Part shown: piece after piece, positions 36,961 through 47,176 of the stretch | How positions within the stretch are numbered: position 1 is the stretch's first letter | Layout of the letters: each line of letters opens with the position of its first letter | Assembly: GCA_963575745.1 (NCBI GenBank) | Contig: CAUYUJ010000171.1 | Location: forward strand, 1-64,000 | DNA length: 64,000 bases | Reading direction: 5' to 3' | From: Prorocentrum cordatum | Lineage: Eukaryota | Made by a program: the position numbers and the translations under genes | Notes under the pieces: generated by a model | What the model was told of the DNA's origin: nothing | Databases searched by the model: none | What the model saw: the letters and a program-made list of their open reading frames with translations, nothing else

Positions 36961-38929
36961 TTATACTTGATCACCGTCGTCTTGGTCTTGATGACGCTGC
37001 TTGAAGAAGAACTGCACACATGATATTTTCCACCAATACGCCTCTGGCCGCTCGTCTTCACAAAGAATTCGCTTCCAGTCCCCGTAGGTGCTGCCATACT
37101 GAATCGTATAATAGCGTACTGATGAATGCTTATACCACCATATCAGGAATGAACTTGGCATTTCTGGTAAGTTTTGAAGATGATGCATGCCACAGCCAAT
37201 CCGTGCTCCAAGACAATGTCGTACTCCTGCCAGAAGTGCTAGATGGATGGTGGCGCTCCACAACTTGGGATACTGTGTGGTACTGCGTGTAAGCTCCCAT
37301 CGTCCTGTCGAGGATACACACCAACCAAATCGTAACACCGCCCTTGAGCAGGAGTCTGCAAACTTGGTCACCTGTGTCATGACTGTGCTGATGCTCGTGA
37401 TACTGCTGTCCTGACTGCTCGCAAAATGGAGAAACTCCATGTACAGCGCCTTCCTGATGTCCGCGATTCGTACCGACATGGGGCGTCCTTGCCATTTACA
37501 ATGTACAAGTCCGTCTCGCATATCTGACATGTCCGTGATCTTGCATGGCCCAATCCAGTTGGTGATGCCCTGCTTGTCGGTCTTCCTCAAAATGTCCACG
37601 AAGTCACCAACCTGCAACTCGAGACCCTGTCCTGAGGTCCGCGTCTGAGACTCCAGAGCTCGCTGTACTCTTGCTGTCGCCGTGGCTTCCACCATTGCCG
37701 TGTTCGCTAGTTCACGTATGCGATGAGCATGCCGGGTTAAGCCTGGTAGTCCTCCCACGTCGTCCTGAAGAGGTGCTGCGCTCACTTGATCAAGATCTTG
37801 AAGCTGTGCTGGTTGTCGTCCGTAGAGCGCCTGATAGGGAGAGAAACCACCAACATTCAATAACTGATTGTGTGCCATGAAGGCCTCCGCCACGATGTAC
37901 TCGTCCGGTATGGCCGTGTCCAATTCTTCTGCTTGAGACTTGATGCGCCGTATGGTGTTGCGAACTATCTCACGATGTCGTTCAACGATGGCTGCCTTGG
38001 AGCCCACTGGCTTGGCTCGTCTCTGAATCTGATGTTGGTCACAATAAATACGAGCTTCGTCTGATTCCAGGGCTCCTTCTTGATCTGCAATGAGATGCTG
38101 AGGTGGTCCGTGTATCGTGACCCAGGTCAGGTGAATCACGCGTAGAATTTCTGGGGGTTCTTTACTGGCTGCAACACCGCCTCCAGAAAACCTCAAGCAT
38201 TCGTCGATAAGATGTACCACAATGAGTTCACCCACAAACAATAGGTCCACCTGCACGTACTCGTTGAACGTAAGAGACAAACGCATGGTCGGCATGTTCT
38301 TCGGTGCTGGCCGCTGCCACATCCGACACGCCCTGCAGGTGTCCACGATGTCGTGCGCCATTTTGCAGACTTCCATTGGCACGCCGGCGTTCTGCAACAT
38401 CCTGATCATGTCGTGTGCCTGCGCGTGCCACCATCTGATATGAAGTACTCGTAAAGTTCGCCGTGCAAGATTCATGTCTGCCGACTTGAGTTGATGCAAT
38501 GCTCGTCCCAGGTCATATGGTGACCATGTCCGCATATCTGTCATGGTAGGTAGTCCGTCGCCCTCGGTCTGCGCGCCTCCTGAGCGAAATCGTTGTACTT
38601 CACCGCTGCCGGTCCCACCACGCTGTCGTGGCGCATCCGCCAGCCGCAAACGTCCTTCGCCTTCTGCTGGTGCTGCTGCTGCTGCGGCGGCTGCCGATGG
38701 GGCCGCCGGTGCTGGTGCTTCAGGAGGAGGAGGAAGCGGAAGCTCCAGTCCTGGGTCGGGATCCACTCGATTGGCTGCTGTAGGTTCGTCATGGAGACGA
38801 GGTCGTGGATCTCGAGGTAGCTTCGTTGCCCTTCGCTTACCTGATATCCTGATAGCCGCTTCTCCCCACTTGCAGTCGAGGCCGTATGTATGTCCTGCGT
38901 GATCTCGGGGCTTGAACGTCTTGCAAGAT
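36961..38929 (-). CDS. Copia integrase segment
   Basis: HHCC (LHIRWWH...CRAC) and DDE core (VQVDL, IADQEG, IVER). Confidence 0.93.
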
Positions 38930-41167
38930 TCAAGATGGACAAGCCCATTCTCTTGGTGCAATCATTGATCGCAAACATGAACTCGGATCTCTGGTGTGCC
39001 TGGGGTCGAACATGTCTCGATTTGATCTGCAAGCCGAACACTTGACCCAATCAGGCATCTTAGGCTCGACCCTGCGCTTCCTGGGTGCCTGGCCGGGCTC
39101 GGCTGGCACCGCTGCTGCAGCTGCTGCCGATGCTGCCTCAGCGGGAGGTGCAACTGCCGCAAGAGGATCTGGTGCCGGCGGTAGTGGTGCCGATGCTGCC
39201 GCTGCCGCGGCCGCTGCCGATCTCTGCCGTCGCTTGGGTCGCTTCCGTGCTGCCGCTGCTGCTCCTGGTGCTTGTTCTTCTTCGCTCTCGCTCTCGTCGT
39301 CGCCCGCCGGGAAGAATATTTGGTGCAATCGCAAATGCCGAAGTAGATCGTGAATACCTGTAGCAACCAACTTGGCCATTTCCCATGTCCGTAGCCGTGC
39401 GTCGTGAGACCGACCGCCTGATATAGTGGCATGTTGGTGACTGCGATCACATTTCAGATTCAACAGCGGTCTGATCAACAGGTAGTGCGATGCCCAAAAC
39501 TCGGTGGGCTTCAACAAGTGTAAGAAGGGAGGTCTATTCTCGCGAAGGTTGGTCATACACTGATGAACAATGCACCAATGGAGTTGAAGATGATTCCGTA
39601 CGTAATCCCATTCCGGCATGTTGTACATCTCCGTCGTCTGCGGATGTTCCGATAGAAAATGCCGATGATGTCGTAGTTGGAATTCTGCAACTCTGCCTGC
39701 AAGCTTAGCGAGGGGTACAGATGTCCGCCTACTCTGCTTCCAGGTCTCCGGGTTAGTGAACTTGTTCAACGTCTGCCAGCCTGCTAGTCCTGTACAGGGA
39801 ACGCTGAGAATCGTGATCAGAACCTTGTTCGATTTGAGATACTGCCAAAGTGCCGCTTCCTGCGTAGGGTCCAAGAGATCGATGCCTACAATGATGTCGA
39901 AGTTAAGCCCGATCTTGGTCTCGTGGAAGCGGTGGATCAATATCTGCGATGTTCTAGCGTTGCCGCCACATATCTCCACAACGTCGATGTAGTGGTCCTT
40001 GCTCTGTGAGCTATACTGAGCGGGATAAGACCAGTCTGCCATAAAGCTGGTAAACGCGTCGTACTTGAACTGCTTCGGCACGTGGCTGTAGGTCTTGTCG
40101 TTGGTGTCTGATCCACTCAAGCCACGTAGCGAAGAGACAAATACCGAGCAGGTGTCTTGGTCCCGTTCGTCGCCCATGATCTGGTCCTCGTCGTCGTAGA
40201 TCTCGGTGCTGGTCTGGTTGAGTGCCCACAACGCCTGCTTGAGACTAGAGTCGCCGAGCCCGCAGTCGTCGAAGTGCTGCTCCACCTTGAACTTCTTCTT
40301 CTTGCTCGGCGTGGCGTGCGTTGGGTCGATAGCCTGTGCTTTCCGATGCCGTTCTCTCTCTTTGGCCCGTGCAGCTGCATCGGTAGGGCATGCCGTGGAA
40401 TCTTCATCGAGAACGTCGAACATAACCTGGTCGCCACTGCTGTTGTCCGTCGTCCTCGGAGGGGAGTGCGCTGATACCGATGTAGCCGTCGGTGGTGTAA
40501 CAACTTGCTCTCGTGATGGCTTGTGCTCTGTCTTGAACAACAAATCAAGGAGGCTCGCGACTGCCGCCGGTGCCTCCGCGTAGTCGATCATGCCCGGGGC
40601 GCCCAAATCAAAGTTGGCCTCCAGGCGGATGGTCGAGGTATGACTGCCATCCTGAAGCCGCACCATGGTAGTCTTCAGGCTGCCGCCCTCGTGTTGCTTG
40701 CCGATGAAGTCGCTGAAGTGGTGCTGTCGCCAAACTGCCTGCACGCGCTCGTTAGCCTCAAGAAGAACCGATCGTTGCAGTGATATCTGCTGTTCGCTGA
40801 GCTGGCTGATAAGCTGGAGCCGTCGCCCATGCGATCTCGTAAACTGTCCTGTCGTAGGAGGTCCTGGAACGCATACCCACAACAGAACTGGCCGATGCTG
40901 ATGCAATAACGCCTGCATGTGATTGCTGCTGTTCGCCGTGGTGCGCCGTGAACTATGATTGTAGAGCTGGACTTTGAAGCGCTGACTACATGCATAACTT
41001 CGTTGGCTGTCAACGTCGTCAATGATCCAAATTGTGGGCGCGGAATTGTCATGCACGGGGGAAGGAGATCTTGGCAGAGATTGAGTTGGGGTGTTGCCGT
41101 GCGTCTTGACGACGGCTTGCTCCCTCCGGGGAGCCTCGGCGGGACGCACCGCCGAGCGGCCGACTCC
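38930..41167 (-). CDS. C5-cytosine DNA methyltransferase-like segment (degenerate copy, then intact-looking copy) with CxxC-H-C zinc-finger-like motifs
   Basis: Motif I VVEICGGNARTS, motif IV SVPCTG, motif VI FLSEHP, then HQCM...KPTEF. In frame with gag-PR across a TAG. Confidence 0.8.
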   Translation of the reverse strand, partial: GVGRSAVRPAEAPRREQAVVKTHGNTPTQSLPRSPSPVHDNSAPTIWIIDDVDSQRSYACSQRFKVQLYNHSSRRTTANSSNHMQALLHQHRPVLLWVCVPGPPTTGQFTRSHGRRLQLISQLSEQQISLQRSVLLEANERVQAVWRQHHFSDFIGKQHEGGSLKTTMVRLQDGSHTSTIRLEANFDLGAPGMIDYAEAPAAVASLLDLLFKTEHKPSREQVVTPPTATSVSAHSPPRTTDNSSGDQVMFDVLDEDSTACPTDAAARAKERERHRKAQAIDPTHATPSKKKKFKVEQHFDDCGLGDSSLKQALWALNQTSTEIYDDEDQIMGDERDQDTCSVFVSSLRGLSGSDTNDKTYSHVPKQFKYDAFTSFMADWSYPAQYSSQSKDHYIDVVEICGGNARTSQILIHRFHETKIGLNFDIIVGIDLLDPTQEAALWQYLKSNKVLITILSVPCTGLAGWQTLNKFTNPETWKQSRRTSVPLAKLAGRVAEFQLRHHRHFLSEHPQTTEMYNMPEWDYVRNHLQLHWCIVHQCMTNLRENRPPFLHLLKPTEFWASHYLLIRPLLNLKCDRSHQHATISGGRSHDARLRTWEMAKLVATGIHDLLRHLRLHQIFFPAGDDESESEEEQAPGAAAAARKRPKRRQRSAAAAAAAASAPLPPAPDPLAAVAPPAEAASAAAAAAVPAEPGQAPRKRRVEPKMPDWVKCSACRSNRDMFDPRHTRDPSSCLRSMIAPREWACPS

Positions 41168-43561
41168 CTAGTGGGAGGTCCTGGCCGCGACGTCGCTCTG
41201 GTGCTCCGTCGCGTACTGCGGCTCCGCCTTGAAGGTGACCTTCCTCTTGTGCTTGTCGAACTCCGTGCATGGTACCAGCGGGTGTCCACTCATGCTGCTC
41301 TCGATCTTCAACGTAGAAGTACCATGAGGTGTGTTGATGTATACTCGGCCTGGCCCGCATAGATGTATCTCGTTATTGACCAGGTCGATGACTGCCCGCT
41401 GATGTCGCATAGACTTGATACCCCACAACGCTGGTACTGTAGATGGATCCTCCTCGGTGCCGACGACTGGGGCCGTGTAGGTAGTGTCGCTCTTCACGTC
41501 GTTCGCGATGACCTTCAGGGGAATCGTGATGGCCCACTCGACGAGCTGGCTCTCCTTGCCGACACCTGACACGTTGATGGGCTTGGGAAGCTTTTGCCAC
41601 TTCACCTTGTCCATCATGCCTTGCTCGCTCAAGATGTTCAGGACGCGCTTGATGAACAGGTTGTCCACCAGGTTGTCGCGTGCGCCGGTGTCCACCAGAA
41701 GTCCTTCCCGTCCTTCGCCTGGCAACTTCGTCTTGAGGAGGAAGATCTGCTCGTCGTTCAGGTTCGCCGTGTTGAAACTGCTGTTCTCGTCCAGCTCCAC
41801 GTCCAGGTTCCACCAGGGAAAGAATCTCGCTGATATCTGCTCTCCGTCATTCGCTGTCTGATCCAGGATGCGAAGCTGCTGCAAGATCGATGTACGTTGA
41901 TGTTCTGCCGCGATTGCCTGCTGAGGCTGTTGGGGATTGAAGCTCCTGGTCATCAATTCCTGCAGCTGCCGCTCCTGGTGTATGCCGTGGTCCGTGTTGA
42001 TGTCCGTCGGGATACCCATGCCGTCTGAGACAATCTGAGACCATTCCAATACTGGTGCATACGTCGCTGGCTCTTCGTGGGGTTCGTGACGCTGATGCTG
42101 ATATCCTGCATGAAAGAAATGTTGCTGCATCATATACATGTGCCCGGGTGCCATGGATTGATCCTGTCCGCCTGCCGAGGGAGATGCCGATGCCGATGCC
42201 GAGCCTGCCGCTTGCGTCAGGTGGTGAAGCTTGGGACAGTTCCTCCGCAGGTGTTCGTCGCTACCGCACTCGTGGCACTTCATCACTTCGCCTGTGACTG
42301 GGTCCTTTCTGTTCTTGCCGTGTCCACGGAAGCCGCCGCCCTTCCCCTTTCCGCCCTTGAAGTACGTGGGGTCCTGCTGCTCTTCGACGGGGAAGTGGCT
42401 TGGCTTGCCGAATTGACGCCGAAATCCTCCTTTGCCTTGTCCTGAGCGCCGACCGTAGTATCGCCGATTGAACCGTCTGAACTTCGTCGTCCTCTTCGTG
42501 TAGGCTCTATAACGCTTCTTTATGTTAAGGTATGTCTCATACAACACCGTCGTGATATTCGTCCTGTTGGCCGGCACTCCAGGGGGAAGGAGACTCGATG
42601 CATATGCCTCTATCGCCTCGTCCGTGCACTCTGGGTCCTGCTGCTCTTCGTCCGACTCCGTGTCGCTGTCGCCAAAGAAATCCTCAAACGTGTAGTGCTC
42701 GTCTGGCGTGTTGGCGTACGGGTCGCTCGTGGGGTACACTGCTTGATGTGGCATGGCCGCTGCCGCGGCCGCGCCGTCGCCCCAGGCCGTCGCAGCCTGA
42801 GGCGGCTCCACGTTTCCGAAATATGACAAATGTGCCTGCTGTCCAGGATGTGCCGCGTTCGAGTGTACGCCATGCGGATGATGTTCCAAGATATGTGCCT
42901 GCTGTCTGATGTGCCGCTTGAGAATATTCATCTGGTCTTCCGTCGTCGGGAGCTGTCCGTTCAGGGGAATGAGTAGCTGAGACCACATGACCGGCGCCAC
43001 TTTGAGTGCTCGCAATAATATCCACGCCAATCCTTGGGGTCCCAACGCGAAATTCTGCAAGAGGTTCGTCGCCCTGTACACCGTGATATCGAACCTCGAG
43101 AGTGCCTGATCTATCGATTCGCCTTGCATTCTGCTGAAGCCCAACAACTGAGAAAGAAGTCTGATGCTCTGTTCTTCGTCCAGCTCGCCGAAACGTCGTA
43201 GAAGATTCCGCAACATAATAGTAATGCCCGTCACGTGCAACATCTGCTGCTGTGTGTAGTCCCACTCTTGCCGTCCATTTGATAACTCATCCACGTTCAT
43301 CTCTCTGCCCAGGACCCTCGCCATGCCTCCGAGCTGTAGAACTGCGGCTGGTCCCTGACGTGCAATGGGTACCTCTGTGGCCGCGCTCCACAATATCAGG
43401 TCCTGAGCGTAGACCCACAACGGGTAGCTGGCCTCGAACTCCGGCGACCACGAGGGAGGCGTCTTCGCGTTCGCCATGTCAGGCTGAGGATGTTGGCCAG
43501 GAATGAACCGTTGGGGTCCGCCCTGCTGCACTGGGGGCTGTCCGCCCTTGCCGCCGAACAT
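41168..43561 (-). CDS. Gag-protease polyprotein
   Basis: ATG at 43561 (MFGGKGG), zinc knuckle CHECGSDEHLRRNC, aspartic protease LLVDTGA. Confidence 0.93.
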   Translation of the reverse strand: MFGGKGGQPPVQQGGPQRFIPGQHPQPDMANAKTPPSWSPEFEASYPLWVYAQDLILWSAATEVPIARQGPAAVLQLGGMARVLGREMNVDELSNGRQEWDYTQQQMLHVTGITIMLRNLLRRFGELDEEQSIRLLSQLLGFSRMQGESIDQALSRFDITVYRATNLLQNFALGPQGLAWILLRALKVAPVMWSQLLIPLNGQLPTTEDQMNILKRHIRQQAHILEHHPHGVHSNAAHPGQQAHLSYFGNVEPPQAATAWGDGAAAAAAMPHQAVYPTSDPYANTPDEHYTFEDFFGDSDTESDEEQQDPECTDEAIEAYASSLLPPGVPANRTNITTVLYETYLNIKKRYRAYTKRTTKFRRFNRRYYGRRSGQGKGGFRRQFGKPSHFPVEEQQDPTYFKGGKGKGGGFRGHGKNRKDPVTGEVMKCHECGSDEHLRRNCPKLHHLTQAAGSASASASPSAGGQDQSMAPGHMYMMQQHFFHAGYQHQRHEPHEEPATYAPVLEWSQIVSDGMGIPTDINTDHGIHQERQLQELMTRSFNPQQPQQAIAAEHQRTSILQQLRILDQTANDGEQISARFFPWWNLDVELDENSSFNTANLNDEQIFLLKTKLPGEGREGLLVDTGARDNLVDNLFIKRVLNILSEQGMMDKVKWQKLPKPINVSGVGKESQLVEWAITIPLKVIANDVKSDTTYTAPVVGTEEDPSTVPALWGIKSMRHQRAVIDLVNNEIHLCGPGRVYINTPHGTSTLKIESSMSGHPLVPCTEFDKHKRKVTFKAEPQYATEHQSDVAARTSH

Positions 43562-43719
43562 AGCTGATACCAAAAAACTAAGGAATAACTGAATTGACTG
43601 TCGAAGCCCTCTTTCTCGCACTCTGTGCTGTCGAGGCTGATGCCCGCAGCGCTGATGTCGGAGAAGGTGATGAGCTCGCAGTGGTACCGTCGCCTGGCGG
43701 CGGGAGGGGGAGCACCTCT

Positions 43720-43731
43720 GCTCCGCTACCA
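43720..43731 (-). promoter_or_regulatory. Primer-binding site, tRNA-iMet type (TGGTAGCGGAGC)
   Basis: Starts with TGG directly after the 5' LTR and is complementary to a ...CUCCGCUACCA 3' end typical of an initiator tRNA acceptor arm. Confidence 0.8.
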
Positions 43732-43945
43732 CGTGCAGTGGCACGTGATATAACTCCTCTCCTCCCGGCAGCGATGGCGGCTGAATGCAGTGGGGCTGTG
43801 TTTTCCGTATCGATCGCTCGAACAGTACACAACTATGACGCGTCTTGAGCCAGTACATTACAGTACGGGCTGTGAATTCGCCGGGCCCCCGGTGAGCTCT
43901 AGAGGGCCCCGAGAGAGGAACGTGTGAGGCATGTAACAACTTACT
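43732..43945 (-). repeat. 5' LTR (214 bp)
   Basis: Followed by PBS and gag. Confidence 0.95.
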
Positions 43946-44664
43946 GAGGAGGGAGGGGAGGGAAGAGGAGGAGAGGAGAGGAGAGGAGGAGAGGAACGCG
44001 GGGCACCGTCTCTTCCAAACGAGGACCCAACACCACACGATGGTTGGGAAATTATCCTGGCGAAGGACCCAACCATGTGCAATTGTGAATATTGCATTGC
44101 GGGCGGCAGCACTGGGGCCTTCGGTGGGGCTCCCTATGGGGCCACGAAACGTGTGAGAGGTGTGCCGAATTGGGTGTGGCTGACGCATGCGGGCGGCGGC
44201 ACTGGGGCCTTTGGTGGAGCTCCCTATAGGGCCACGAAACGTGTGAGGGGTGTGCCGAACTGGGTGTGGCTGGCGCATGCGGGCGGCAGCACTGGGGCCT
44301 TCGGTGGAGCTCCCTATGGGGCCACGAAACGTGTGAGTGGTATGCCGAATTGGGTGTGGCTGACGCATGCGGGCGGCAGCACTGGGGCCTTCGGTGGAGC
44401 TCCCTATGGGGCCACGAAACGTGTGAGAGGTGTGACGATGATGGTGGTGATGACGATGATGGTGGGTGATGACGATGATGATGATGATGATGATGATGAT
44501 GATACCGATAATGGTGATGACGATGATGATGATGATGCTGATGGGAGGAGGGAGGAGGGGGAAGAGGAGGAGAGGAGAGGAGGAGAGGAGGAGAGGAACG
44601 CGGGGCACCGTCTCTTCCAAACGAGGACCCAACACCACAGGATGGTTGGGAAAAAGAAATGGAA

Positions 44665-44678
44665 ATAGTCGTAGTCGC

Positions 44679-44716
<38 letters not shown>

Positions 44717-44721
44717 CAGTC

Positions 44722-44778
<57 letters not shown>

Positions 44779-45061
44779 AGTAGTAGTAGCAGCAGAAGTA
44801 GTAGTAGTTAGTAGTCGTAGAAGTAGTAGTCGTAGTCGTAGCGATAGTAGTCGTAGTAGTAGCCGTAGTCATCGTAGACGTCGTCCTCGTAGTCGTAGTA
44901 GTACTAATGAATGTAGTGGTAGTGGTACCGGTAGTGGTGGTGGTAGTTGTACTAGTAGATGCACTCGAGAAAGCAATACTGAAACAATAACAGTCGTAGT
45001 AGTAGTTGTAGTAGTAGGAGTAGTCGTAGTAGTAGACATGGCCGCAGTAGTAATGGTAAGA

Positions 45062-45093
<32 letters not shown>

Positions 45094-45134
45094 TAGTTGT
45101 AGTTGTAGTAGTAGTAGTAGTAGTAGTAGTAGTC

Positions 45135-45185
<51 letters not shown>

Positions 45186-45593
45186 ACAGTAGTCGAAGAA
45201 ATCGTAGTAGTAGTAGTAGCAGTAGTAGTAGTAGTAGTAGTAGTAGTAGTCGTAGTAGTGATAGGCGCGTCGTAGTACTATTCTGCGCAGTAGTACTTGC
45301 AAGCGTCGTAGTAGCAGCACTCGTACCAGGAGTAATGGGAGCCTTAGTCGTAGTGATAGCAGCCGTACTTGTAGCAGTAAAAGTAATAGTGCTGCTGCTA
45401 CTACTAATCCTACTACCAGTAATACAAGTGCTTGTGGTGTTGGTCGTAGAAGAGGTGGTAATTGTAGTTAAAAAAAGTAGGAGTAGTAGAAGCCATCCGA
45501 TCACTAGTAGTAGTCGTAGTCGTAGTCGTAGTAGTTGGGGTATCAATAATGTTGAAAAATACGAGTAGTAGTAGTAGTAGTAGTAGTAGTAGA

Positions 45594-45626
<33 letters not shown>

Positions 45627-46235
45627 TGTTGTTGTAGTCAACGTAGTAGTAGTAGTGACAATAGCAATAGTAGTGGTCCTAGTAGTAGTAATAGTAGTAG
45701 TGATAGAAGTAATAATTGTGGTTGTAATCGTCAGCGAAAAAATGATAGTAGTATCAATGGTCGTAGTAGTAGCCGTAGAAATACGAATAGAGAAAGTAGT
45801 AGCCGCCGTAAAAGTATGAGTAGTAGTGGTAGTAGTAGTGGTAGTAGTAGTGGTAGTAGGAGTGGAAGCGGTAGTGGTAGTAGTAGTGGTAGCAGGAGAG
45901 GTAGTAGTGGTAGTGTTCGTAATTCGAAAAATAATCGTACAGCTACTACTACTACTACTACTACTACTACCACACTACTACTATTGTAACTATTACTACT
46001 ACTGCTACCACTGCTACTTCTATTAGCGGTTGTAGTGGTGCTTGTGGCGGTAGTAGTACTAATCGTGATAGTAGTAGTAGTAGTAGTAGTAGTAGTCGTC
46101 GTCGTCGTCGTCGTCGTCGTCGCTGTCGTCGCAGTAGGCGTGGTAGTGAAATAATCACAATAGTAGTCGTAGTCGTCGTTGTAGAAGACATAATGCGAGT
46201 AGTAGTAGTAGTATTAGTAGTAGTAGTAGTAGTCT

Positions 46236-46271
<36 letters not shown>

Positions 46272-46420
46272 CCGCGATCGTAGTATGTTGTTCTTGTTGT
46301 TTTTCTGTACTGCTGAAAATAGCGGTGATACTAATAGTAGTAGTAATATTAGTGGTAGTACAGGTAGTAGGTAGATTGCAATGAGTAGCAGCAGTAGTGA
46401 TAGCAGTACGGGTGCGAGTA
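44665..46420. repeat. Degenerate (TAG)n microsatellite
   Basis: Direct inspection. Confidence 0.93.
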
Positions 46421-47093
46421 GTACGTGTAGTAGGACACATAAGTGACATCGTAGGACCACTATGGGTCGTATGAGAGGTAGTAGTGGGAGGAAATGGTGA
46501 ATGACAAATGACAAAGAGATGGGTTAGAAAGGGAAGCGAGGAAGATTGTCGAGGAGGAACCAAGGCGAAGGCCGGAGAAAACTGCACAATATGGGAGCTG
46601 GGGGCGAACATCGAATGGGTTCGGTTGGAGAGAGGGAGGCCCAGAAGGATGATTCAGAAGGGGGGGCCAAGAGGGGGATGCCAGAAGAGAGGCCGCAGGG
46701 AGGGCCGGAGAGGAAGCTTCAGAAGGAGAGCTGGGAAGGTTGACGAGGAGGTTTTGGAGGGAAGGTTGAAAAGGTGGGTTGGGGAAAGGGCGGGGGGGGA
46801 GACGGGGGAACGACGGGAGAAGCGAGGACTAGGGCAGGAACAAGGAGGAGGAATCGCAGGGCCACGCAACTCTGGCGGCCGCGGCGAAAGGAGACACATG
46901 GAGGAAGATCCCATGAATCCCAAATCCGGACTACACACACGAACACACACACGCGCACACACATGCACGCATACGCAGACACACGCACGCACACACGCAC
47001 ACACGCACACAGACACGCACACACGCACACGCGCACGCATGGCTGGACCCACGCGCTGTAGAAGCCAGCGGTCGCGATCGCCCAGGCCTGCCC

Positions 47094-47176
<83 letters not shown>

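Larger units (their letters stand above)
33886..43945 (-). mobile_element. Full-length Ty1/copia LTR retrotransposon carrying DNA methyltransferase domain(s)
   Basis: Identical 214-bp LTRs, GAGGA TSD (33881-33885, 43946-43950), PBS, and domain order gag-PR-DNMT-INT-RT-RNaseH. Confidence 0.97.
30266..44655 (-). mobile_element. Head-to-tail array of three non-autonomous Helentron/DINE-1-like elements (30266-32203; 32204-44050, interrupted by copia; 44053-44655)
   Basis: Minus-strand order: T-run, CCCAACCAT subTIR plus inner IR (GTTGGG), (CTC)n/(CAT)n microsatellite, central tandem repeats, ATGGTTGGG subTIR, TCCT-TCGCC-AGGA stem-loop. Confidence 0.6.

Noticed and set aside
43562..44872. N-terminal ~440 aa of the 1234-aa ORF
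   Set aside because: It runs through microsatellite, satellite and LTR. Gag starts at 43561.
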